Positions 52,299-64,000 of a DNA stretch of 64,000 nucleotides are shown here, piece by piece (the first letter of the stretch is position 1; each line of letters starts with the position of its first letter). The translations under genes and the position numbers were made by a program. Under the pieces are notes generated by a model. The model saw only the letters and a program-made list of their open reading frames with translations. It made no database searches and was not told where the DNA came from. The DNA comes from Tubulanus polymorphus (Eukaryota; Animalia; Nemertea). The DNA is taken from positions 2,996,131-3,060,130 of the forward strand of contig NC_134033.1 in assembly GCF_964204645.1 (NCBI RefSeq), in the 5' to 3' direction.

Positions 52299-53080
52299 CC
52301 TAAAAATATACATGAAACTTAATAGATTTAAGGCCATCAATCAAACATACAGAGTTAGAGTTAAGTCTAGTTACCGGTGTATCAGAGAAATGGCAATCTA
52401 AGGTACCCCCAAAATGAGGGTCAGGGGTCAAATATTTTTTGTCTCCGATTTCGATGAAATTCAGTATATACATGTATTCTGGGGTGCTGATTACAAATCT
52501 GAAAGAATTTTTCGGATCCGAGGCCCCAAAAATGAGAAATTCTAATTTTTGGGGGACCCCTAAATTGTCAAAAGGCCTTGGACCCCAGAATTTTCAAGAT
52601 ATTCAAAATCTGATTGCAGATTTGGAATCAGCGCCCCTGAAAATAGTAAGGACTAAAATTTTAAGCAAATCGAAGAGATTCGATTTTTTGGCCAAAAACG
52701 GCAAAAATCTAAGGTGTAAGTCCAGGAGTTTTTTTTCGGCGAAAAATTTTTTTTCTCTGATTCCTTGTAAACTTGGTAGGAAGATATATTCTGTGGTGTA
52801 GATTCCGGATATGCAATCAGATTTTGAATCGGAATTCATCTTCATTGGCAAATAAGGGTTTTAATGCCCAAAATATGCACCCCAAAAATGGGGTACAAAA
52901 TCAAAATATTTTTTTGGCCCAATTTTAATAAAACTTGGTACAGAAATGTTTTTTGGGGTGCTGATCACGAATATGGAGTTAGTTTTTGGATCTGAGGCCT
53001 CTAAAATGAGATATTCAGGATTTTGTATTTTGACCCTTATTTTCGTCACAAATTTTGATGAAATTTGGTCCAAAAATACA
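52299..53080. mobile_element. End of a DNA transposon with subterminal GGGGTGCTGAT..AAATCTG repeats; second direct copy at 56636-57125
   Basis: 52299-52810 aligns with 56636-57125; the internal motif is repeated in both orientations. Confidence 0.6.
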
Positions 53081-53410
53081 ATTTTATCTATTGAGCCAAG
53101 TATTCAATTAATTTTAAGGCAGAAATTGATACTCTCACTAAAACCCTGAATTATAATTCCTGCCACACAATTACAGGCTGCTATAAATAACTCCATTGAC
53201 AATTCTTATGACACTCAGTAAACACTATGTTTACAGATAAACTGCTCTCTCATAATTGTTTTTGAAACATAAAAGAAATTCTACTCACACAAGTCTCTCC
53301 TCCCTTGTCTAGCAGTAATAATAGTCCACTGAGTTCCACAATTCCACATACAGAGTTCCACACCTTCAGGAGTCAACCACTGATTATTTTTTACGAGTAT
53401 CAATCCACTT

Positions 53411-53567
53411 TTAGTCCAGTTAGTCCACATGTAGTTCGGTAAGTTCACATGTAGTCCAGTTAGTTCACTAGTAGTCCGGTTAGTGCACATGTAGTTCCCA
53501 TGTAGTCCGGTAAGTTCACATATAGTCCGGTTAGTTCACTAGTAGTCCGGTAAGTTCACTAGTCCGG
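53411..53567. repeat. ~20-bp minisatellite TAGTCCGGTTAGTTCACATG
   Basis: ~7-8 degenerate tandem units. Confidence 0.85.
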
Positions 53568-54335
53568 AAGAAGTTGACTGAAGAAGTAAAACTGATGAAT
53601 TTCAGTCGAAGTCCACATCCAGTATTTGTGATGAAGTTTACCAACGACAGTCCAGAGAGGAAAACCTGAAATATGAAATTGAAACAGTCTCTAGAGAAAC
53701 ACATTAACAAACTCAAACTCAAACTCTCAGACATACTAGTAAAGGCTTATGCAAAAGTTTTCACAACTTTACTGGATTAACAGATTGTTTTTACGTAACT
53801 GATATACTCGGCCACTGTGGGAGTAAGATGGTGAAACTGGTTGAGTCAGCTGGTGATGGTAACCTGCTGAACATGTGGAAAAGAGGAGGAATTAACAGGA
53901 ATTGTAACAACAGCTCATCAAGATTTGTGAAACTATCACCTGCACCATGTCGTGCATGCGGCACCGCCTGGCTAGTGAAAGTGGTTATTGACACCGAGTG
54001 CCGAGGTCCCTGTGTCTGTGAGGTCCCCCTGTGTGTCCCTGAGGACATGAAATCTTGTGAATTCTTATTCTTACGTATGTCTTACTTTAAACGGCCAAGT
54101 GAAAGTGACCACAGCAAGGACAAGGTTACCGTTAAACACTTGACTCCAGGTCCCTGTGGTGGACGTGTCTGTAAAGTCCGAGTGTCTGTGAGGGCACGAA
54201 ATCTCATGAATTCTTATCTTTTAAACCAATATCAAAGCTCGTACGTTGGGAATCATTGTGGCTTTAAAGTCTTTATCAATTGAGAGACTTTGTTTCATTG
54301 TAAATAAAGAATTAGAGATTGAATTGAGCGTGCTC

Positions 54336-55008
54336 CACAGTGCGCGATTTCCATGTCGACCGTCTAGTGCTGCCCCTACATATAACGATAGCGGGGAAAA
54401 CGTGAACTAACTTAATACTCGCTTGCCAGAGTCTTCGGACGGCCGTAGTGGACGAACTAATTACCGATTTGCGGGCCGGATTCCGAGGGAATTCTCAAAA
54501 TCTTTCAACTGCTCTGAAACGTTTGAACCAAACAATTATTCTATAAGAGAATTAACCTTTAAAGAGTAAATTTGAATCGGGATATTTTTAGTATCGTCTG
54601 GCAGAGAGCGACAGGTGTTTGAATGTTCCCTGATTATTTGCGCGCAATTAAAATATATCGAAGAAAAAATATGGAAATTTTGTCAATTCAGATGATAAAT
54701 TATCATTCAAAAATATAAATGAATTACTTATTCTGAATATAAATACTAATTAATTGATAAGAAAGTGAATTTTAGCTATCAAAATTGAATATCGTTACCT
54801 AAAAAATAAGAAAATTTCATTAAAAAATTTTAGCGTATTCATAGTATCATATTTAATAGAATTAGGTGCCACACTGGTCCGTATTGTACGTAATTGGGAA
54901 ATTCATATTCCGGCGGCGCTATTTTAGTTCACAGAAATTCCGCTGTCGTTATTCATAGGGGCAGCACTGTACGGTTGATATCTAACCCAGCCTCGCAATC
55001 TTACTGTG
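54336..55008. mobile_element. MITE-like element with CACAGT...ACTGTG termini and ~75-bp imperfect TIRs
   Basis: ACCGTCTAGTGCTGCCCCTACATATAACGATAGCGG is inverted against CCGCTGTCGTTATTCATAGGGGCAGCACTGTACGGT; no clear TSD. Confidence 0.5.
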
Positions 55009-55592
55009 GCATGCAAGTAATACAGATATTTTTTAGCCGAATTTCGTTCATTATTCACCACGATTCCGTTTTCTATGAATAATTCAATTAATTTTTAAGC
55101 TTTTGGAAAGGGGATCTTCTTTTTAAAACGATTTTCAAGCCATTTTTGATAGAACTCTTCTGTCAACGGAATCTAATTGCATAAAGCGGTAAAGAGGTAG
55201 ACTCACATGCCACAGACAGAATCTAAAGCAAATTAAATTTTATTCTCCAAAAAGTGCATTCATCCAACGCTATCATCAAAGTTGCAGCACGTGAACCATT
55301 AAACCTCCTATTAAGGTCGACCCTTCTTGGTCAGGGTTAAAATCAAACTCTCCCAACCACAAATTGGTGCAAACAACTGGAAAAACTTCAGTTGAACATC
55401 GTTAATACGACAAATCTGTGTAAAGACGAAACCAGTTTGATTCAACAATTGCATCCCACAAGATTCATATCAACGAGATTCCACTTAAACTAGAACAGAA
55501 AATCAGTAACAACCACCACAAAATTAGTGAATAATCAATTTATTGTGAAATTTTTTTTTATTTCAGTGAAAAATGTGCATCAGAGTTAAATA

Positions 55593-56204
55593 TCAAATAA
55601 AAGTCTTGCATAAAGCGAACATGTGATCAACTCCGCAAAGAACTGACTGAACTGACCCAGGAATCGAAACCTGAAATCATATTTACAATATCAGACATCA
55701 GATTTATGATGCATCAGTATCACACATGTTGTTTCTGGTGCGCTATGTTATTACAGTACAGTAGAGTCTGCTCCTAACTTGAATCAATGTGATACCAGTG
55801 ATATCCCATTGACTGATGATTCAAGTTCTGTGGTCGAGAATTAAAACCTAGCAATCTAACTCGGAAATGTCTAAAAACTCCTGGACTTTTGTCGAATTCA
55901 GACGGAAATGAAATCATTTTCTGACTTTCTAATGGAATTTTCTGATCCTCAACTCAGATTTTTGCTTAGCAAGTATAAATTTTGCAAGTCTCCGCTTCAG
56001 TAAGACAAGGTTTACTGTTTTTGAGTTAAAAGCCGACATTTCTTTGTAGAAATAAACCAAAAATTTTGAGTGACTGGTGCTTTAGGAGTGTTTTAAATCT
56101 AGAGAAATTGAGACTTACCTTAAACGGAAAGAATTGATCGTCCATGTTTCCGAAACCTAAGGAGCCATGTTTATTTCTACCCCACATGTACAGATCATTG
56201 TTAT
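55593..56204 (-). CDS. RCC1L: Last two coding exons of RCC1-like mitochondrial GEF (RCC1L/WBSCR16): 56204-56119 and 55670-55593; 5' part absent from window
   Basis: Spliced product ..NNDLYMWGRNKHGSLGFGNMDDQFFPFK|VSIPGSVQSVLCGVDHMFALCKTFI* resembles the RCC1L C-terminus as I recall it (GELFVWGKNIRGCLGIGRLEDQYFPWRVTMPGEPVDVACGVDHMVTLAKSFI). Splice sites are canonical (ttgtag, GTAAGT, tttcag), with AATAAA ~50 nt after the stop. Confidence 0.8.
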
Positions 56205-56434
56205 CTACAATATAATAACATTGTAAACAATGTAACATCATTCTAGATGCTAGGCTAGGGAATGATAGAGAGAGGGAGCAGGGCCAGGGAGTTTCACACA
56301 GTAACTAGGCTTAAGAATAGAAATCCGATTCCCTTTGTACTAGCATGTCTCCAGCCTCGATTGCCTACGTACCTATTGATAACTATTAAAATGAGACATC
56401 AATTTCTAGCATTTCTTCCAAGTCACAACTCTAC

Positions 56435-56514
56435 TTGGTTCATCTTGGTTTATCTGGGTTCGTCCTGGTTCATCCTGGTTTATTGGGGTTCGTCCTGGTT
56501 CATCTTGGTCCATC
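56435..56514. repeat. 10-bp tandem repeat (GGTTCATCCT)n
   Basis: ~8 degenerate units. Confidence 0.85.
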
Positions 56515-57684
56515 TGCTCCACTGCATCAATGTCTGTATAATGCTCAAATCAATTCTCTACTGATTGTAGGTAAAGGGGGAATCGTCACCACCATAACAA
56601 CCGTCAATAGTTCCGCCATATTGATGACAAACATCCTAAAAATATACATGAAACTTAATAAATTTGAGTTATGTTAGAGTTAAGTCTAGTTACTGGTGTA
56701 TCATAGAAATGGCAATCTAAGGTACCCCCCAAAACGAGGGTTAGGGGTCAAATATTTTTTGTCTCCAATTTCGGAGAAATTTAGTATAGACATGCATTCT
56801 GGGGTGCTGATCACAAATCTGAAAGAATTCTTAGGATCCGAGGCCTCAAAAATGAGAAATTCGAATTCTTAGGGGTAAATTTTAAAAAGGCCCTGGACCC
56901 CAGGGTTTTTGAGATATTTGAAATCTGATTGCAGATTTGGAATCAGCACCCCCGAAAATATTTAGGACTTAAATTTCAAGCAAATCGAACAGATTCGATT
57001 TTTTGGCTAAAAACGGCAAAAATCTAAGGTGTAAGTCCAGGAGTTTTTTTTCGGCGAAAAAAATTTTTTCTCTGATTCCTTCTAAACTTGGTAGGAAGAT
57101 GTATTCCGAGGTGTAGATTCCGGATCTACCGCTGTGATCCCCGTCTTACTTGGTTGCTATTGTTTCTTCAAAAAAATCTGTTCCAAACAAGACCTTACTC
57201 ATCACAATCAGATATCCATGCGCTTCACTTAGCTTCAACTCAGTTATTATATTGACTGTAGAGTGTGAATTATCGAAACAGATATTGACGAAGTGTTTTA
57301 CAGAGACGCAGAATGTTTTGAGGTAAAGATAGAAAATGTTATCGAATATTATCACAAACTGAACGCAGTTCGGGAGCGACAGTAAATATTTTTAGAGAAA
57401 TAATTGCACATGATTATAGAACACGATATATTGAAACACGTCTAAATTTAGAAACCGCGGTAATTACTGCGAAACCGAGCGCAGGTGAAAGTAACAGAAA
57501 TACGAGACTGGCGCCAGTTTGATGGGAGATCTTTTTACAAAATAATTGGACTCAATCCATTCGTCAACTTCTGACATTTGCGAATTCGTCATTTATTACT
57601 GTGCAGCGACACTTTTGAGAAATATCGCGCAAACTTGGAAAGAGTTAGAAATGTATTAGTTTTGAAGCGTGAATTGTGTTCAAT

Positions 57685-60600
57685 ATGCAGCGAATGAAAG
57701 CGTTGTTCGTAGTTTTACTGATCGCTTGCGGAGACTGTATATTTACGCGGGCTGATCGCGCAAACTCTGTCGAGGAAGCCGCGTCTGTTACAGTCAGTTC
57801 ATCTTGTAACAACACTCAATACTCCGTCGATTCTACGTCTGGTTACATCGTTTCACCGAACTATCCGTCGTTAGTTCGCGGTGTTGAATGTCGTTGGTTC
57901 GTCAACAGCTCTTTACCGGGAAGTTTTCTCGTTCAAGTTTACTACGACATCGAGCCGTCGATATTCTGTAACGAAAATTACCTTCTCGTCGGTGAGTCCG
58001 ACAACAAACTCTGCGCTACCGGAAAAAAACAACAAGATATCCGCAGTAACGATTTGATTTCGTTGTTTTTTAAGAGTAACGTCGATGGAGCGCGAGGTAG
58101 TCGGGTTTATATTATATATCGTTTTGAAGAACAGAGTCGTTTGAAAATTGTACATAAATGCTCAAAACGTGCAGTAAACGAATTACCAACTCAAACAGGT
58201 TATAAATTCACAATTTCTACTCGGCGATGTAAATTGTTGTTTGAATGGATCGAGATGCCAGACAGGTTTGCAATGAATTTAACGTTTATAGAGATAGATT
58301 TCAGATTAAGACCAGGTGAGGATCCGATGAAAACTCGTCCTCAAATTTACGACGGATGGAACAGCACCAGTGAACCTATAGCTCTTATACGAGAACAAAC
58401 CGGACATCCGCCTTCATCGTTTTATACTAAAACTAATAAAGCACGTATTGAATTCATTTCAAATAAACTGTCGTTTAAGTCACAGTTACTCGTGCAAGTT
58501 TACCAAATATCAGATTGGAACATCTCTAACCCGTTAATTCAAGTCTACAATAAATCAGGACTGCTCACTACAATTGATGGAATACCACATATAGTAACTC
58601 AGTCTAAACACTTATACTGCTGGTCTATCACAGTCGATGTTCTGCAGTACGTCGTCTTCAACTGGACACGTGATCTCGTCTCGTCATCAGGTGTCGTTGG
58701 TGTATATAAACAGGAAGGATTACGTATTGTGAGAACTGATATTTTACTCAGTTTTAACCATCTTAATTCCCTGAGTGTAAAATCAGACGGATTTCTCGTG
58801 ATTCTGTGCGTTTTAACGACATCGGATTTCTCAAGATCGAATTTGAAAATAGAATTTAAAGCGAAATCAATGACAATATCAGACGTCTACGTCAACAAAC
58901 CAAGGATATCGGTAAGTGTATTATAATGATTTGTAAGTTTGGATCGTGTAATAAAATCATTGTAATTACATATATTTTGATGGCGATTTTGACCAGTGAA
59001 ACTTTACCGAGAAACTTGGAATAATAACGCAATGTGACCCAAAACACATGTTGTTTGCGCAGACACTAATTATGATGGGTGTTGAGAATTTGGGTTAAGT
59101 TTGGAACATCTTGAACTGTTATTGATATATTTATCTAATTCTAAGTCGTAAGGAGTTTAGAATTGTCGTATTGTAAACGTTCAATGTTGTAATCGATTCT
59201 CTTATATTTCAGAATGATGTGGGCGCGAATGGTTTAACAGCTAATCAATTGATCCCGAGATCAAAGAATACATTGTATCGTGTAACTACATTACAACTAA
59301 ACTGGAAAGTGAACATCTACGAAGAACGGTTGAAACTAACAGTGCTATCAGAAAACTGTGATCGAGCTGGTTTTTATATATTTGATGGTAGTAATTTCAC
59401 AGCTAGACGCTATGGTCCGTATTGTCCTGGTTCATACTACGGTCGATCTGTCGTCAGCCTGATTACATCAGGTGGACCGGTTACTGTAGTAGCATACGCT
59501 TATTACTATAACAATCAGTTAACAGATGGTGATCCTTTCAGATCATCTCTTCGATTTGCTCCTACTGATTGTGACGGTTACGTTCTACAGGATGAAGAAC
59601 GTCAGATCAATATGACGTCACACTGTCTCGTGATTACACCTGAAAATCGACGCCTTCGCTCGAAAAATATTCACATATTATCAGAACACGAATATCAAAT
59701 TGATAAATGTTTTCTCAAGATGTCTTGGCGATGTGATCAGTTTCTGAGTTTGAGTAATCAGTTTCTTAATAACAGTCTCGTATTAAACACTGTAGATTTC
59801 ACAGTCGATGGGTTTGGATTCTGGCAGTATCCACTAATAGTTAAACTACGTCGTAAATGTCTAGGAGTGAAAAAAGCGGTTAGTTTTGGATTTGACAGCT
59901 CATTTCTTCCAGTTACTACTAAAGATAAATGTGGACTAGTGCAGTCACCGAACTACCCGGGTTCGGCAGGAAGTACATCAAAGTCGATTTCATATAGATT
60001 TGAAAACCCGATACAACAAAATATATTTCAATATTACAGATTTATTGTGAAATTTATTGGATCAGTATCATGTGAAACAGACAGATTCGGTCGAAAAGAT
60101 CCGATCATTTTCATACAATCAATCAATTACGAACCCTTTCTTAATGGGAAATATTTCAAAACCATTGAAACTCAACATGAAACTTTAATATGTGAAAATA
60201 ACGCGGTTCGTGGACTTATATTTTATAGTATATCAGATAATACTTTACGTTTTGAAGTAAACAATAGAATTCCGACATTTCAAATACAATACACTTTACA
60301 CGAGTCGTTACCGATTAAACATTTCGATGATTTCTACTGTAAACAAGGATTTCAGGATTCCGGAATTTCTTGCATCAAATTCATCAGAGATGAACGTCTG
60401 AATTGGGAAAACGCTGAAATATACTGTAGACAGAGGTACGCGGGACATCTACTCAGTATCAACTCAGAACAGGAAATGATTTCAATCAAAAGATTATTCG
60501 CTACAAAACTTTTCCGAATGGCGTACACATTAAAAGCGCTCATAATGTTGATTGGATTAAAATGGAAGGTAAGACTAATGTATTCAAATATTAATTAAAA

Positions 60601-63600
60601 TAGAAAGATTTATAAAGAAGTGATATATTTCATTTTCTTCACGAAACAGAATGATGGTTATTACACGTGGACTGACGGTAAACCATTGAGCTACACAGAG
60701 TGGTATAAACCTGTTATTAATGAAACGATACCAGAAGTTATTCGAGGATTGATATCTCCGCTAAGAAAACAACCGATAAATGACGTGAATATGCCGTGTA
60801 CGGCGATGATACTGAATAATCCACGAGGATCGGCGAACTGGGTTCGATTCCCGTGTCAAATCGAGGAGACGCACACGACATTCATTTGTGAATCCGAGAG
60901 AATCGACATCAAAAACAAACACAATTCAACGATAAACGACGCGAACAATTCAACAAATACAGAACTAAATAAAACCATAGATCAAATGATTCCCGATATT
61001 ACTTTGATTAATTCAACCTGTCCAAGAGGTTGGGTAACTATTTTCGGACAATGTTATCAAATACAAACCGACTGGAAAAACAATCGAGGTTTGAATATTC
61101 GGAGTGCTAGAAAAATGTGTCACAGCATCCGCGCCGAAATAGTAAGACTCACTTCAAATACTGAAAGCGATATGAACAATTTGGTCAGCGAATTTCAATA
61201 TCGACATCAATATGGCGCTATACTGACAATGGACCGCGACGGATTTAAAGTTATCAAACCACTGGTGACCAGAAATGAAATTACGTATATTCAATCGGTT
61301 AAATGGATATTAAAACCTTTCGATGATACAAAAGATAAAGCGCATTCCGTGTTATGTACCTATAATGTAACTGGTGAAGAGTTGGCTTCTATAAGCGGTT
61401 GTAAATCGTGGCAGTTTGAATGTAACGATCAAAGATGTATCAGCGACCATCGTGTATGTGATACCATACACGACTGTCAACACGGTGAAGATGAACTCAA
61501 TTGTACGGATATCAATTTACACAGTCAGTTCCGCTGTAACGATGGACAGGTTATATCGATTAGCGGTTTCTGCGACTTTATGAGAGATTGCGTCGATGGA
61601 TCAGATGAGAACTCGTGCTATCATCCACCGTGTTTATCTACGCGATATCGCTGTTCCAATCACCAATGTATCGATAGTTATAAACGATGTGACGGACTAG
61701 CCAACTGTAAAGACGGTTCCGATGAGATCGGATGCACTGCCGAACTTTGTCAGGGTTTCTCGTGCGGGGACGGTGAATGTATTAGTTCTCAGTTGTATCG
61801 GGATGGTGTCGTGGATTGTAGCGGAAGTCTCGAAGAAGACGAACTGGTCACTAATATGACATTGAATCCCGATGTTTACTGTAATAATGGCAATCACTGT
61901 ACGACTCGTTTCACAGATCTGTGTAAGGAATCGGATGAACAAAGATGTTCGTTCAATTCTCCTCGCTGTTATTCCCGACACGAAAGGTGTATTTTAGAAA
62001 GGATGCCGATTGGTTTCCCGGTATGTAGAAATCTTGAACATATACTCGCGTGTAATGACTTCGAATGCGCGGCTGGTACTGTAAAATGTCCGGCATCTTA
62101 CTGTATACCGATCAGACACGTTTGTGACGGTCGATCCGATTGTCCTAATTCAGAAGATGAACGAAACTGCGAGACTTGGTCGTGTCCGGGAATGTTTAAA
62201 TGTGGCAGGGAGAATCGATGTATTCCGCAATCTGAAGTTTGCGACGGTGTCGTTAATTGTAAACATAACTCAGATGACGAGTCATACTGTAAGGTCACGT
62301 GTCCTGAACGTTGTAATTGCCGGGGTCATTTCATCGATTGTGAAAATGCTCTTTTATCAGATATTACTGGTCGTTTTATACAATCAACTCGGGTTTTGAT
62401 TTTGTCGAATAACCGAGTCGTATTTAACGTGTCGACGTTCAACTCTTTCATTTATCTTCGTTTTCTCGATATTTCGGACAATAATTTGTCTTACATCGTT
62501 CCAAACGCGTTTTCTAGTCTAAACAATCTATACACATTAGACCTAACTCACAACCGATTAACATCATTATCTGCTAATACATTCGCAGGTTTGATCGGTT
62601 TAAAACAACTATTTCTTATCGGAAATCCGCTGCAACATTTAGAAGACGGTAGTTTTCGAGGTCTGACGTCACTAACTAATCTTGATCTTCACGGACTTTC
62701 TATATCGGTTCTCGGTGAAAATGTATTTAAAGGTTTATCCGCATTACAGTCGTTAAATATCAGCAGTAACAAAATACATTATATTTCTAGCTATGCTTTT
62801 TCGGGATTGGTTCGACTTGAAATTTTAGACCTCGTCAACAATTTTGAAGTAATATCCGTACAAAGAAACGTTCTTGGCGATCTTACATCATTGAAATACC
62901 TCGCTTCGGATGCTTACAAATTTTGCTGCATGGCATCGAATGTTGATCGATGTCTTCCCGAAGCTGATCAATTTTCGACCTGCTCTGACCTGATGGGTAA
63001 CGCTGTACTGAGAGCCATCATCTGGATGATCGCAACTTTCAGTTTTCTCGCTAACAGTATCGTTATTGCATTTCGAGTTCAAGCTTTGCGGATGGAATCC
63101 ACCGGAACACGTAACACATCTTCAGATATCTTCATCATAAATATTGCCGGTTGTGATTTTCTGATGTCGGTCTATTTGTTTTTGATCGCAGGAGCTGACC
63201 ACGTGTTCAAAGGCGTTTATTATCTGAATTCTGAAACCTGGACGGATAGCTCATTATGTCGTCTCGCCGGGGTTATTGTCGCCGTTTCCTGCGAAGGTTC
63301 CTTGACTTTTCTCTTAATTCTAACGCGTCAGAGATATTCAAATATCGTCAACCCGTTTTCCAGAAGTCCGATTATAACTCCGAAATACGTTATCGGTATT
63401 TGCAGCATTTGTTGGCTCGTTATAAGCACAGTTTCTATTCTACCGCTGTCATCGTCGTCTTACTTCGGAGACAATTTTTACGGTACAACCGGAGTTTGTT
63501 TGCCTATGAATTTACTGACGATCGACGTCAATGGCTGGCACTATTCATTCGCTATTTTTGCCTTGTTTAATGCGGCCGTATTGGCTACGATAATGACGAC

Positions 63601-63919
63601 GTACGCTCAGATGTATAGACTCGTATCTGGGAGTAGGTCGGGTTCGGGAAGAGCTGATCCTACCGAACTTGTTTTGGCTCGAAGGAGTTTAGTAATCAAT
63701 CTTTGTAATTTATTTTGCTGGCTACCGATAATAATCGTTCAGTTTTGCGCCGTATTTTCGGTCGAGATACCGAACCAGGTGGCCGCTTGGCTGGCCGTTC
63801 TATTTTTACCGATCAACTCGTCTCTGAATCCGCTTCTTTATACAATTCTAACTATCGATATGAAATCTATTCGCGAACGCAATAAACGACGACTAGGATT
63901 GACGACATCCAGTAAATAA
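57685..63919 (+). CDS. GRL101-like CUB/CTLD/LDLa/LRR GPCR, copy 5 (intact, ~1950 aa); exons 57685-58911, 59213-60568, 60650-63919
   Basis: Phase-0 GT-AG introns 58912-59212 and 60569-60649; same domain motifs as copy 1. Confidence 0.93.
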
Positions 63920-64000
63920 ACCACAGTTTGACACGAGTCCCCGTATAATGTTTGCCTATCTATAAATCGGGTTTGAACTTTGAAATCCTAAAACTCGGTT

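Noticed and set aside
54336-54380. RAG recombination signal (CACAGTG heptamer)
   Set aside because: No nonamer at 12/23 spacing; better explained as a transposon terminus.

Overview
AT-rich invertebrate (metazoan, probably lophotrochozoan) genomic DNA. It is dominated by a + strand tandem array of five paralogous 3-exon genes encoding a giant (~1,945 aa) GRL101/LGR-type-C-like rhodopsin GPCR. The architecture is signal peptide - several CUB/CUB-like modules - two C-type lectin-like domains - ~7 LDLa repeats - LRRNT + ~7 LRRs - hinge (FSTCSDLMG) - 7TM. The three long ORFs per unit in the ORF track are exons joined by two phase-0 GT-AG introns. Copies 1, 3 and 5 are intact. Copy 2 is split by a 6.4-kb TIR transposon (AAAT TSD) but is otherwise in frame. 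Copy 4 is truncated by a non-autonomous LTR element. Paralogs are near-identical in the LDLa and 7TM regions but carry hypervariable, in-frame-indel-rich patches in the CUB region and show mosaic relationships. Every copy has a piece of its own TM3-TM4 coding sequence ~0.55 kb upstream of the ATG. The intergenic DNA holds MITEs, SINE/LINE and Tc1/mariner relics, two Penelope-type hammerhead motifs, a repeated spliced non-coding unit, minisatellites, an orphan FN3-like exon and the last two exons of RCC1L.
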